From assembly GCA_977020255.1 (NCBI GenBank), contig CDROCS010002676.1, positions 496,001 to 560,000 of the forward strand: 64,000 nt of DNA. The letters run 5' to 3'. Positions 28,200 to 40,905 of the stretch are shown here, one piece after another (the first letter of the stretch is position 1; each line of letters starts with the position of its first letter). The notes below the pieces were generated by a model, which saw only the letters and a list, made by a program, of their open reading frames with translations, was not told the origin of the DNA and did no database searches. The DNA is from Obrimoposthia wandeli. Its lineage: Eukaryota. Made by a program: the position numbers and the translations under genes.

Positions 28200-30330
28200 C
28201 ATTTATACATTCCTCAATAACCCAGAATTTATTGCAGTGTCTTGTTATATTGTTTGTTTTGTGCCAGATACGTTCTTGCGAAATTCGTTGTATTTCCTCC
28301 ACTACCATATATCATTCCCATGCACGTCCAACCCAGCGGTGTCAACAGAGCCACCGGATTTCCATATCTTCCAGCAACTTCTCTAATCACTCGATGCACT
28401 CTCATGCACCAAATCAAGACATCAAATTTTCGCGATCTCTGCCCTCTTTGCAGGAATTGTATATTCCTGAGATGCGGCCATCTTCCTGCGATTTTATCGC
28501 ACTCGTATACTGTCAAGTCACCAGTTACGTTATTTACGGTTAGAGCATCTAATATTAAATTTTCTTTACTGTCCATACGTTTAACCTTCACTTTGATTGA
28601 TGTAGCTCTTATCTCTTGCCCATTCCCTCCAACAACTCCCACTGGAACTATCTGTTCTGGTCCCTCTAATCTAAATGGCTTCGATACATAGTTGTTAACA
28701 TAACTTGTCGTGCTGGCATCATCTAATAGTGCGTTTACCCACACTTTCTTTCCTCGATTTTCCAGAATGACAGGCACCGTTCGCAATGTTATCATTTGAT
28801 CTGGCCTCTTTCTAATCTTACGCGTTGCATATGTCTCCTGCATCTTTGCATTATCTTTCGAATCTATGTGGACTAAATAATGGTGTTTTGTGCAGCAACC
28901 AGTTGCATTGCAAAGCTTCTTCATCTTAAAATCGTTTTCGATATGTCCTCCGTTTAGACAATTGAAACATAATACATGCTGTCTCACTAACCGCCACCTA
29001 TCATTCAACGCTAAGCTCTTAAATTGCTCACATTGACTTAGATAATGTTTCTCCTCACACTTAAGACAACTAATTCTCCACTCATGGGTTACTTGCAATG
29101 TGTTAGTAAGATACGTAACTCTTCCTCTTTCTAATCCAGTCCTTCCGACTCCTCGTGACACATCAGCTGACTTCTGCAAATAACAGGCCTCCTGTCGAGC
29201 CCATTTTGCTAACGTTTCAATATCTTCCTCCTCCTTACACGTATGAATGTGCCTTCTCCAACTAATTATAGATACATCCGCCATTAATTTCAACACTTTA
29301 TGGAACAACATTCCATTTTTTAAAATTCTCCTTCCTTTTTTATCTCTGTCAATTTAACTATTGTCATTTCCACAAACTCTGCATATTTTTCCCAATCTCG
29401 CACTTCCCCATGCCACAATAATATAAAATTTTTAATTTCTTCTAATATTATATTTATTGTCTTCTCCCCCGAATCGCCGTTCCATTTTCAGCAATATGAA
29501 TTAATAAGCTTCTCCGGAGAACCTCAAATTCTCAATAATTTTCAACGCTTCACCTCTTAAACTATCTCGGAGATATAGTAGTTTATCTTCTTTTTCTCCC
29601 TAGGATTTCCAATATATACGTTGAATACTGCTCTTCATTGTTCGTATTCTCGTACGTTTCCACTAAATATAGGTATTGCCAATTTCTTCAACCTCTTTAG
29701 ACATTTGGTATCATCTGTCCTTTTTCTTCACTATCAAATTATCTTTCAGAATTTGTTATTGATTGTACCTTAAACAATATAATACTCATCTCTTCGTATT
29801 TCCTTTCTATCTCCGCCAAATCCCTTTCCAATTCCGCCTCCTTTTATCCTTGTTCGTTCTCCACACACTAATCAACCATTTTAGAAATTTTTTCTATAGC
29901 CTCCATATACGCGTATTCATAGCGTTCTCTTCTTTCTTTAACTTCTGTGGCATCTGGGTCTTCCAATACTTTGTTCCTTAATTTAGTCAACTGACCCTTG
30001 ATTATTCGCTTTCTTGTCATCTTATCTCTTAACTCCTCGTCACCTGGCCCTCCCCGCATTCGTAACTTAATATGAATCCCAGTTCCTTGCTTAATTCTGT
30101 TTATTTTACAGAATTCACTCGGCCTTCTAGCATCTACCTGCTTCATTCCCACGCCATTGACCTGTAGCCAGAAATGATCTTTCTTGATCCTCCATTTCAC
30201 GCTTATCTGCTTTAACAGCTCGTCATATGTGACATCTCCATATATCTCCAGATTGCCCTCCTTTTCTCTTCAACCTAAGACTCTCACATTTATTTTTTGC
30301 CTTCCTATATCCACGTCAACAGATCTGATG
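28200..30330 (-). mobile_element. BEL/Pao LTR-retrotransposon fragment (Ubl-Gag-protease), truncated and degraded
   Basis: Triple zinc-knuckle cluster (CLKCEEKHYLSQC; CFNCLNGGH; C...C..KHHYLVH), protease ALLDDAS, Gag core KLLYLRDSLRGEALKIIENL, N-terminal Ubl ending IHIKLRMRGG. Confidence 0.85.
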
Positions 30331-31699
30331 TCAATTAATGATGGGTTTTTTAACGTGGTTTACCCTTTCCACGATAGTTTCACATCTAGGTTTTTAACAT
30401 GGTTTTCTATTTCCACGACGAATGACCATCTAGGGTTTTTTAACGTGGTTTTCCATTTCCACGGTGCAATTAGTTTGTTTTTTAAAGTGGTTGTCATCCA
30501 CTAAACAATTATTTTGTTTTTTAACGTTGTTGCCTTCCACGACTTTAATAATTTCCTGATTATCAAGAGTGAGGTTTTTGTCATCGCCATGCTCTGCTCC
30601 CAATTGTTTCTGCGTCCATCGTCAAAGTAAAACACAAAAAACGACTCCAACAATTTGTGTATTACGCTGTGTATTTTTCTTTCACAACCAACTCAACTTT
30701 TCCCTAATTTTAAAATTCATTCTTTTAAACAAAAACTCAATTTTTTGTCACTAATTATTATTATTATGTTAACACACACACAACTCTAAAACATCCGATC
30801 TCATGTCTGAACACTGGGTATGGTTTTTAAAATGATTTTTGTTGTTGTTGTCTGATTTTATATTATTATTTGCTGTTGCTGATGACAATACCCCAATTAC
30901 GGAGCCGTCTAAAGTGGGGAGCCCGTCGTCCGAAGACAGGGCCGCAGTTTCGTTATTAATTAGAAATGTATTATTATTATTTTAAAATTTTATATGAAAC
31001 ATAGAAACAGTGTCAAACTTAAAAGAGAATCAGTCAACATAAAGAGAGAATCACAGTAAGACACAACATCGTCACAATCTAAACTTCTCAGCTTATTTTC
31101 CAAACTTCCTCAAACTTCTAAAACTTAACATCTCAACATCTTTCAACTTCTTTTTTTTCAAACTTTCTCAAACTTCTAAATTTTTTTGATAATAATTAAT
31201 AGTAAGTGATCCTTTAAACTAATTTAAAAATCAAAAATTAAATTTTAAAAAAATCACTTAAATAAAATCACTGGAACAGTGGTGACCATAAATGAAAAAC
31301 AGCTTTGTTTATACTGAAATAAACAAATAAAACGTAAAATAATAAAATTAAACTACTGCAAAGTAATTTAAAAGTAATATTTAAAAATTATTTTCTTAAA
31401 TTTTGTTTTAGATTTGTAAAAAAAAATTTTAACTTTAATTTTATTTAAAATATTGATTTTTAAATAAAGCATTATACATAATTTTAATCTTAATAAATCT
31501 TTGATTCTCCAAGTGTAAATAGTTTTAAAGATTCTTTTTTAGTTTATTGTTTTATTTGATTCAATATAATCATATCATAATATATGTATATTTTTTATTT
31601 TCAATTATTTTTATAAACGTTTAAATAATTTTTTTTCATAAATAATTTGCAATCATATAAAGTAATTTATAAATTTGTTAAAAGTTTGAAATTAATATT

Positions 31700-33870
31700 T
31701 ATAGTCAATGTAAATCTAACTTGTATAAAAAACAACAAACAAAGTCGTTTAAATTCATGAAATTTATTTGAGAAACTTGATGATACAACTACAAAAGAGA
31801 TAAAGGTCTACAATTAATAGTTAATGGGTTTTGAATATGAGTTTTATTATAGAATACATAGCGTTTTCCTTGAGTTTTCACATTTCTGATGAGTGCTGAT
31901 GAATAATAAATCACTAGAGGGTCGAATACGTGTACACTATCACGTCTCAAAGAATATCCAGTGTTCACCATGTAAATTACTCGTATCATTTTGCATTACA
32001 CCCTTTCATAACCAATTGCATCTAATGAAACATTTTTTTTATATTTTTGTTATAATTAAGTATAAATTCAATCAAAGCCTTGTTAGCATAATTAACATTT
32101 CCTTCTTCAAAAACCTATTCAAGTGAATTTGCACATCTTGAAATAGTGTATGGAAAAATAAATTTGAAGGTACGAATTTATTTTCTTCCGTCAAGACAAT
32201 ATAACTAATAGTTCCATTATGTTTTAAAATTAAAATTTTTAAATATAATAGAGAATCATTCAAATCTAAATATTCTGTTTCATTCGATTAAATATTAAAC
32301 TCGATTGTATGAATATTACTATCTGTAATATTATTCACAGGGAAAAGGATCTCAAAATGTCTATTTTCTATAGCAATTTAAGGTAGTTGACGGTCAAACA
32401 AACAGTTCAGATTTTGCATATGCCATTTCTTACTCATATATGGTTCTAAGTCTTCTATGTTTCTCTATACTACCATTACATTTTTGTTCCTCTTTCATTT
32501 GAACTTGTACTTGTGGTCATTTTCAACTTTTTTTATTACATTCATTAGTTGAGTAGCAGCTTTTGTTGTTTCAGGTAACAAACCTGGTACCTCACAAACG
32601 CATTTGATTTCAATTGACTCAAAATTGGTTTATCATTTATTACTACGTTTGTAAGTGTTTTAGCACCAATTCGTCCTAAACGTGATAGTATAGGAAAAAC
32701 AATTCGCCCAAAAATTTTCATCATTAACAATATCAAGTAATACTTTCTTGTGTTTTGTAACTTTCGATTTATGTTTACTGATATTGACTTTTCCTTTAAA
32801 TATATTAAATATAATTTCAATCAATTTATCGAACACAAAAGGCGGAAATGACTTGAAAATTTGAGCTATATGTGAACTAGGTTTGAAAGCGTTTGAAAGT
32901 AAGGTAAAACGTTTTTCATTATTATTTAAACTGAAAGTACATATATTGTTTATAGTCTTATTGAGAAAATTGATTAAAACCTTCTTTTTGTTTTCCCTTT
33001 ATATCTATTACAATTAAATTCTTTGTCTTTTTAGCACTTTTTTTCTCAGTACACTTCTTTTTAATACATTTCTTTGATTTTTAGTACTCAGCTTTGTCTT
33101 CTTTTTTAATATGCGATCAGCTGTGAGTGTACTTAGACGTGATAAGCAAACATAAACTTAAAATACGTTTAACAGATTCTTGTTTTTCACCATAAAATTT
33201 TGGAGTTGTAATTATTTCTTCATCTTTAAAATAAATACCTACTGAGACAGTATCGGCTTTCAAAGTGCTATTTGTTGCATTATATATAATTTCACCACAC
33301 TTGTGTAAAATAACGGGTGTATTACTATAAAAAAAATCCCATACGCCTTGAAGTTTTATTGAATTTTCTCAATCAACAATAAATTTCGATGTGTTATTAT
33401 CAGGTTGAATGTTTGGACAATTATTAGATGGTAATACAATATAATTTTTTACTCTATCTGGTTTGCTTTTATCCATGTTGTTGTTTATATCCGTAATATT
33501 GTTTATTCTTACCTCGACATTTAGATTTAATAATTTCTTGTATCCTACATACTTTTGGTTTATCAATAAATTGTAATTTTTTCTCATATTGGACTTTCAT
33601 CCTCATTTATGATGTTATACATTACAGGGTTAGCACGAAAATTGATTTTTAATATTTAAAATACTTCATCCCTCCAATTATTCTCGAAATTTTTAATAAA
33701 AGGTGTACTTAGACTTGATATGCGAACAAAATCTCCAACTTTGTATTTGGGTTATTTTATTATTGATTTTTTATTATGATTGAACCAATCATCAAATAAA
33801 ATATATATATAGGTTTCTTACAGCCTTATAGCTTGTACAACAATACGTTACACCTGTGATTAAAATAAAT
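31700..33870 (-). mobile_element. Decayed Polinton/Maverick segment A: integrase C-terminus, minor-capsid-like ORF, basic core-like ORF, partial major capsid
   Basis: PKYKVGDFVRIS...F.KNFENNW.DEVF (Polinton IN C-terminus, ~33600-33790); VLPSNNCPNIQPDNNTSKF (minor capsid N-terminus); GRIVFPILSRLGRIGAKTL; AKSELF..DR.....NDSLLYLK (MCP start). Homologous to 58500-59250. Confidence 0.75.
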
Positions 33871-33899
33871 ATAGTTTTGAAGAGAATATTGCGAATTTA

Positions 33900-34306
33900 A
33901 CATTTGGCATTGAACCCCTTTTGAGCGCCCAATTAGAGCAATTAGAAGATCCACCAGCCGAGAGTTAACCAACGAAACGGTAGTCAGAGACCTGAGATAT
34001 TAAGAGGAATACCGTCGACGTAGATTGATTCCGGCTTATTTTGCATAATCAATGTCTTGGTTTTTCCAGACCATTTTAGTTAAAATCCAATTTGGCCTAG
34101 CCGGCTTATTAAATTAGTCCTACACAACACAACAATAGTTTTGCGGACCATAACGTTATCCTGAACACAGACTCTTTGACAAAGTACAAAATACCTTCAG
34201 GGATTAAGATAGGTAGACCACATCCTACTAGCACTATCGCTACAGAACTCACGTTGGGGGCCTCCATCCGAAGATTCTAAGTAAGTTTCATTAGAAAAAC
34301 CCAACA
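33900..34306 (+). mobile_element. Partial LTR (U5 end) of a related Gypsy family
   Basis: Ends GAACTCACGTTGGGGGCCTCC...GAAAAACCCAACA like the other LTRs. No PBS follows. 5' boundary not defined. Confidence 0.7.
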
Positions 34307-37099
34307 GGATCACCAGCTTCAAAGGCATCTGAATTCAGATTCTCATTTTCGGAATCATCTCCTACAAATAATTTCTCAACTTTTTCTCGCTCATTTTCAG
34401 GACATTTTTGATGGAAAATATTGTATACTTAGTTTTTTTATTACAGTTTCTAGTTATTATATTGATTTATTATTACAGATTGTAGTTTACAAAAGCAATT
34501 ATACTTCGTTAAGAAAATTCAAACCAAAAGTGCGGTTTTTTCGCCGAGACATTCGCAAAAACACATATATTATCCTAAGAATATAGCGGCAATACACGTC
34601 ATAAACCCCCAAAATAAAATTTAATTTAAAAATATATTTCTGTTGACAGTAGAACAATAAATTGTAGTTCTTGTGAGGTACTAACAAAGGCAATCCATAC
34701 AAACCCTTAAAATACTTGACGCTGTACCCGCCATGACCCTATTATTTCAACACATTTTGACGCATATACCCGTCATGTTCCACAAGGAAACAGTAGCATG
34801 ACGTGTATACTTCTTTGTCTGCGAAAGATTTAATTAATATCATTAACAATAACAATACATGTAAAAAACTGTGCTTCATCATCTTATGTTGGACAGCTAT
34901 AGTACTGCACGATTGTCAGTTTCTAATTTCTGATAGTTAAACTTCTAAAATGCAATCAAAATCACATTTTAATCTTTTTTAAGACAAATGATTTTAAAAC
35001 TTGAAAAATTTTATGAACAAATCGAAAAAATATCGAAAAAATATCGAAAATTTGTGTAAAATGAAATGTAGGACAGAAATTAAATAAACCTTAATATATA
35101 TAAAACTAAAACAAATAACTGAGTGGACTAACTTGAAATGTTACAAACGGTTCACCCCAACCGGATAAATATATATTCAGCAAATCCCTAAATATAGGTA
35201 CACATTAAAATAATTTTATGCTGCAGTTTAAAAAAAAACAGCTTGTCACATTAAGACACACTAGAAAAAGGAATTGAAATTTTAAATAAGAATAAGAATT
35301 TATTAAAATTTATCCAACACAATTTTAATAACTCCAAATCTAATTAGTATTCAGTAAAAATTCATATTTTTGATTAGTTATTTTCAATTTCTAAAAATAG
35401 AATCATTAATAGTACAAATCCAAAAAATTGACGAATAAGAAATGAGGTCCTTGAATTGATTTTCTAAACAAATTTCTTATTTTTATTTTCTGAGTTTTCT
35501 TGAAATTATTTCTTACAATAATTTTTTTCGTGAAAATGATTTATTACTACTTCTTATTTCAGTACATTTTGTGTTGAAAATAATTTTTAAATCAAGTGAC
35601 CTGACAATTATAAATATAAACTTCATTTGCTAGTGTTTTATTTTTTATTTGTAGTTTGTTAGAAATTCTTTTGTTTCTTTTCATGAAATATGAAACTTTT
35701 AATTTTAGAAAACGTTTCATTTTAATAATATTATTATGTTTCAAATTTCAATAAATTATTTTAATATTTTAAAATCACTTAAGAGTTTCAAAGTTATATT
35801 TTATTGTATAATTTTTATACATATTTGATTGTCATTGAACGATGTGATTTTAGCTATTATTATACAATCAAGGATTAACACATACACCTAACAGAAGAGT
35901 CATATGGAAAATACTCAATAAATTTTAAATGTAAGGAATTTTTCCTAATTAATTTTATGTAAATGCATGTTTTAAATATTAGTTTCTTAATATAATAAAA
36001 CATGTCAGCTAGAGTTCAGCTTGATTAGCAGGTGTGAAACATATATCTTAAATCTTCCTTTACTTTCGAATCGGCAAGCTCTAGAGAATTGTCTTTATCT
36101 ATATCGGGAATGGATGAGACCTGTATGTGAAAAATCATCCAAAACTATCAAGTGTTAAATTGTTAAAAGTGTCCATTGTTAAAGGTGGAAGAAACAGATT
36201 TAGCAAAAGAAAAGCTCGGTTATAATGAATTTCAATGTAGTAATTGTGGGTTAAATCGATTTAAAAAGAGACACGAAGTTACATTTAGAGACTTAAGTGA
36301 AGAATCAAAAATAAAACAGTCGACACAATGATTTAGGACTACAACAAAGATATTTTCATTGCTCACAAAATGGAAATTTTTCAAATTATTACCTAATAAA
36401 ACATTTACATTTAAAGAAGATAAATGTCATAATGGGAAGCGGTTTCCGTTTTGGTTATTAATAAATCAGCTTAACCAAGACAATTTTCAAAAATTTGAAC
36501 ACTTCTGTGAATTATAGAAAAATAATTAGAAGATATGGATGAACTGTGAACATTTAAGTGAATGTATTTTCAAATTAGAGAAAGTATTCATTCTTGAACA
36601 AAGAAAGATAAATTGTTTATTATGAGTCTTAAATTTAAACGAATAGGTATTAAGGATTATAGACGAATTCTAAAGAAATTTCTTGATGCGAATGAAACAA
36701 AAACAGTCAAAGATTTTTCAAAAAATATATTTCAATATCTTAGTTGGTTAAAATCTGTATAGTAGAACGAAGTAAAAATAAAGATGCGACAGAAAGGGAA
36801 GATTCCAACATATGCACTTCTGATTTTTTTGATCGTTGAGAGAATTTGCAGTTTGAGCTCAAGATCAGAATAGTATGAATTATTCTAACGTGGTTGAAAA
36901 TTTAGCTATTACGATGTTTCTCGATGAAAATATTAGTATTTCAGAAGTTCTACAAATTTATGATTCGAAATTAAATGATTATGAATATACGGACCGACAA
37001 AAACGCGCTCTTTACCCATAATATTTATCAGTGTAGTAAAGTATTTAAACATAACGTGTTATAGCTCAATCTACATTGTACATAATTACAACCAGCTAC

Positions 37100-37960
37100 A
37101 ATAAAGTAGCCAAATGAATTTTGATCCCCCAAAATTCCTTTCTCATTTGACAGTCAATTAAACTATTCATAAAATCATCAATGTTCGTTCCAACTTCAAT
37201 GGATTTGTTAAAGTTTACTTCATGGCTGAACACTTTATAGCAGCGAAATAAACACGATCCATCAAATTGAAGTCTGGCGAATAGGGAGGTTCGGGGAGGA
37301 AGTGCTCACCATTGAGCCATTCTTGAACAATAACTGCAGCATGATGCCGTATATTTTCATGTAGGGGAAACGATTCGCATTTTATGCAAGAAAAGCAAAT
37401 GTCTGTCTGCGTTAATTGTGCCCCCCTCGTGCAGTATGTCACAGTATGTATATGATTTGGAAACGTTCTATTCAAGAATCAACATAACCTTCTTTCCAGA
37501 AATTGTTCTTCGTGGTTGCCGAGGCTGGTCTCCTGTAAACCCAGGTTCTTTGAACAAACACTTCTGAGATAGATCTATTTCTCATCCAGAACAATTACCA
37601 TTTCTTTCCTCAATCTGCAGTCAAGTGTTTTTAACATTTTTGTGGAACATTCAATACGATTTTTCTTATTTAACTCTGATGGCTTCAGTTGCTGGGCTAG
37701 ATAAACGATTATTGTCTTTGACTAACTCCGAGACACGCTCAACATTTGCGGGACATGTGCCAGTTTGCAGTTGACCAGAACATTCAACTCTTTTCACAGT
37801 TTTCCGCCATTCCACAAAATCTTTGGCTTGAACTCCTCGAACACCAACAACAGTTTCTTCACCCTCGGGTTTCCACCAGCAGTTCTTGGATCGCGGTTGC
37901 TTTGTAGTTATTTTGTGAAAATCTTGCAACAAAAAGGTTGAAATTACATTGCTTATGAGT
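37100..37960 (-). pseudogene. Tc1/mariner transposase remnant
   Basis: HENIRHHAA..V.EWL...LPEPPYSPDFN.MD..F (mariner HDNARPH / PPYSPDL motifs), with an upstream HTH-like region (W...SG...T..NVE.V.ELV..N.R.S). Confidence 0.8.
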
Positions 37961-40614
37961 CATGTTTCAATATTAAGAGCTAACACAATTCTATTCTATA
38001 TATGAAGGTCTTAAAAATAATTTCCCAATTCTGCTAACCTAGAAAGGTGTAATTAAAGCTTTTTTGGTGGTACAGACATATATAGAATCAATTTTTTCAG
38101 GCAACTTCGACTATTTTATTTCTTGATTAAGTAATTTGGATGCTGCATTTGAAAGTTTAGCTTCTTGTCACACAAAACAAACGAATTTGACTGAATATTC
38201 AAAATATATTCTTGGGTTTAGAACTTTTATTATTTTTCCATGGATATAATCTTTGTTCTTCTATTAGTCAAATAAAACATCGAATTTAATATCATAATAA
38301 TGCAGTTATTAGATTAGAATAATCAAATATCTCCTAAAAATTGAATGATTAGGTTTAATAAAATTAAAACATCTATGTACAAACATATGAAATTATTTGA
38401 AAATTCATGGGAGTAATTAAATATTTAATTAAGGCTATAAAGTTAGAGAGCAAACTATAAACTGATAAGTAGTGAAATTTAACTGAAAGATAGTCTGAAT
38501 GACATCACATTGTAGAAACAGTTGAGCAGCATTGGCAATCGGAATCAAACAATGAAAGAGCGGTTGTGGGGTCAACACCACTGCGACTGGAGCAATACTG
38601 GTGGCAGGTCATAATTCATCAATATTTCATTAAATATCAGACCCGAGCAAATAAGTAGAGATAGATAGGGAGAGAGAGAGAGATCAAGAGCGAGAGTAGG
38701 CATAAACAATTAGCCAAGTCTGGTGAAGTTGCCTCGCAACTGCTGCTCTGTTTACCGCACCCGCTGTGTTTCTCTTTCCCTCTTTCCCGTATGTCGTCTT
38801 CTGTTACTGCTGATTCTACTGGTGATGTCGTGATGTCGTGCGGCACCGGAAGTTTATTGGTCGCACCTTTCATAAGTGTACAAGTTCAAAGGGACAACTG
38901 AAGCTGCTGCTTATGTTGAAAGACAGCCATGAACGATCAGAATGACGAGCGACAAACGAAGAGACTCACTCTATCCCTCTCTTGCTCTCTCTCTCAATTT
39001 AATTCTTTGACAAGTAATTACGATGTTTTCATTAGCCATGTTTTCCCATTCGGCTTCTTGGGGGGGGGAGAGATCATTTTGCACGCATTCATATTTCTTT
39101 GCTTAGACCGCTTTTGTGGTTGGGAAAACAGCATTACGCATAAATACTATTTATCATAATGGGATGCATATTACCGTACATTTTCTGATTAAAAGGTACA
39201 CTTCCCGTTTATGACAAATTTCAAATAATTTTTATTGCGTTTTGCCACAAACTACAATACCTCTTTATAGTTTTTAGATGTAATTAGATTCTGAAATTGT
39301 AGCTTTACAAATCGGCTAAGCATAATATAAACAGCGAATTAATAATAAATGTAGATCTCTGTTTACAATACCTTTTGCGAATAAAGCTTCATTTTGCCTC
39401 CATTTAATGTACCGCATGTAAAATAAGGTATTAATGTTTGGGTACATAAAGCAAGTCAAATGATAGAAAATTCTTCTTCAACATTAATTCTAAGCATAAA
39501 ACGTAATGTATTCAATATTTGAGGGAACTGAAAGTGCTATAGTTGACCAATGGGGGCTTCGTAGAGTTAATTGATCGCCGGTCATCCCATCCCTGTTGCC
39601 ACACCACAAATTCTTCCGAGCCCCATGACCACTCACTTGTCTCTGGAGGCTCTCTCAGCTATTAATCCAACTAATATCTTGCAATGGTCTTACTTTGTGT
39701 CGTTGCAACTTGTAGTCGATTTGTTTCCATCCAAATTTCTGAATAAAGTCATATACATTAGATTTGACCCATGCATGTACAGGGCTAGTGTATTTCAAAT
39801 GCGGTGTCCGTGAATTTTGAGATCCTCTGATACATCACGTGTCATCCTCAGTTCGCAACGTTACTCCACAAATATCGCGAACTCACTCGAGGAAATCACT
39901 GTTAATTTCTATATATTAAAATTATTTTAAGTAAAAGTTTTAGGGATTATAAAATGCAATGTTTTTCTGATTGAGTTTTGGTAAAGCTCGGTTATTAAAA
40001 AAATTTAAAGGGCAATAGAAAGAAGACTAAAATTTAATCATCAAAGTTTTTCTATGATTTGTGTAGGTATGCCGCTCGTAAATTTAAAATATTATGAATC
40101 ATTTTGAGTTTTGCTAAATTAATTTTTTTAAATGTCGATTATAAAATATCATTTAAAATAAAAATTTGAAACAAAATAAGGAAATATTTTATTTATATTT
40201 TCCTTTGTTTCTTTAGATCTAAAAAAGTTACAGAACTAGGGTTAAATACAACAATACGTTTAGTTCTAGTTTATCCTGGAAATTATATTACAAAATACGC
40301 CTCGAAAAGGAATTTATCGATTCTTGAATTTTAATATTATTTATTTATATTAAAACAATTTGGTTAGCAAATGTTTTACTCTTCATATACGTTATTTTAA
40401 AATACATCTACACATCTACATTCCTATTTATTGGTTCCTTTAAGTGAATATGTAATAAATTTAAATGTTTAATTACCTAACAAATGATTTTTTTCCGCAC
40501 CAATATGGAATAATCTTAATGTAACTAACCAAAAACGTAACCAGAACAATATGAGCGTAGATTTGTTTCAGCGCAGTTGTAGCAATATCAAACTATACTT
40601 AGAGAAGGAGCAAT

Positions 40615-40905
40615 TCACACCCACTGACTCTGTTTGACACATCCTTGAATCGTACTATGTCGCTTAGAATTAGGCGCGCCACCAGAATTGCTTTTTGACT
40701 GTCTCTTAAATCGTTCAGACAGCGTCTTTGATTTAATGTGGCCACAGTTTGTTTGATAGCAAACCCGATCAATTTCCACATAGCAAATTGTACACCAAAT
40801 AAATCCATTATCTATATAAAACTCGTTTACACCAATTTCCGTCACATTTTGACTTGGTTGGACGTTCCCATCCATATTATTGTGCTTGATTACACTTTTT
40901 ATCAT
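40615..40905 (-). pseudogene. CGGBP1-like / hAT-derived zinc-finger fragment
   Basis: VQPSQNVTEIGVNEFYIDNGFIWCTICYVEIDRV..QT..GHIKSKT resembles the CGGBP1-type finger (VTP.DRV.EFG.E...DGG.LFC..C...L..V..S.I..H.KSKTH); the second His is lost. Confidence 0.55.

Noticed and set aside
36000-37080. Degenerate coding-like region with CxxC and IDEF
   Set aside because: Too fragmented to assign to any family.
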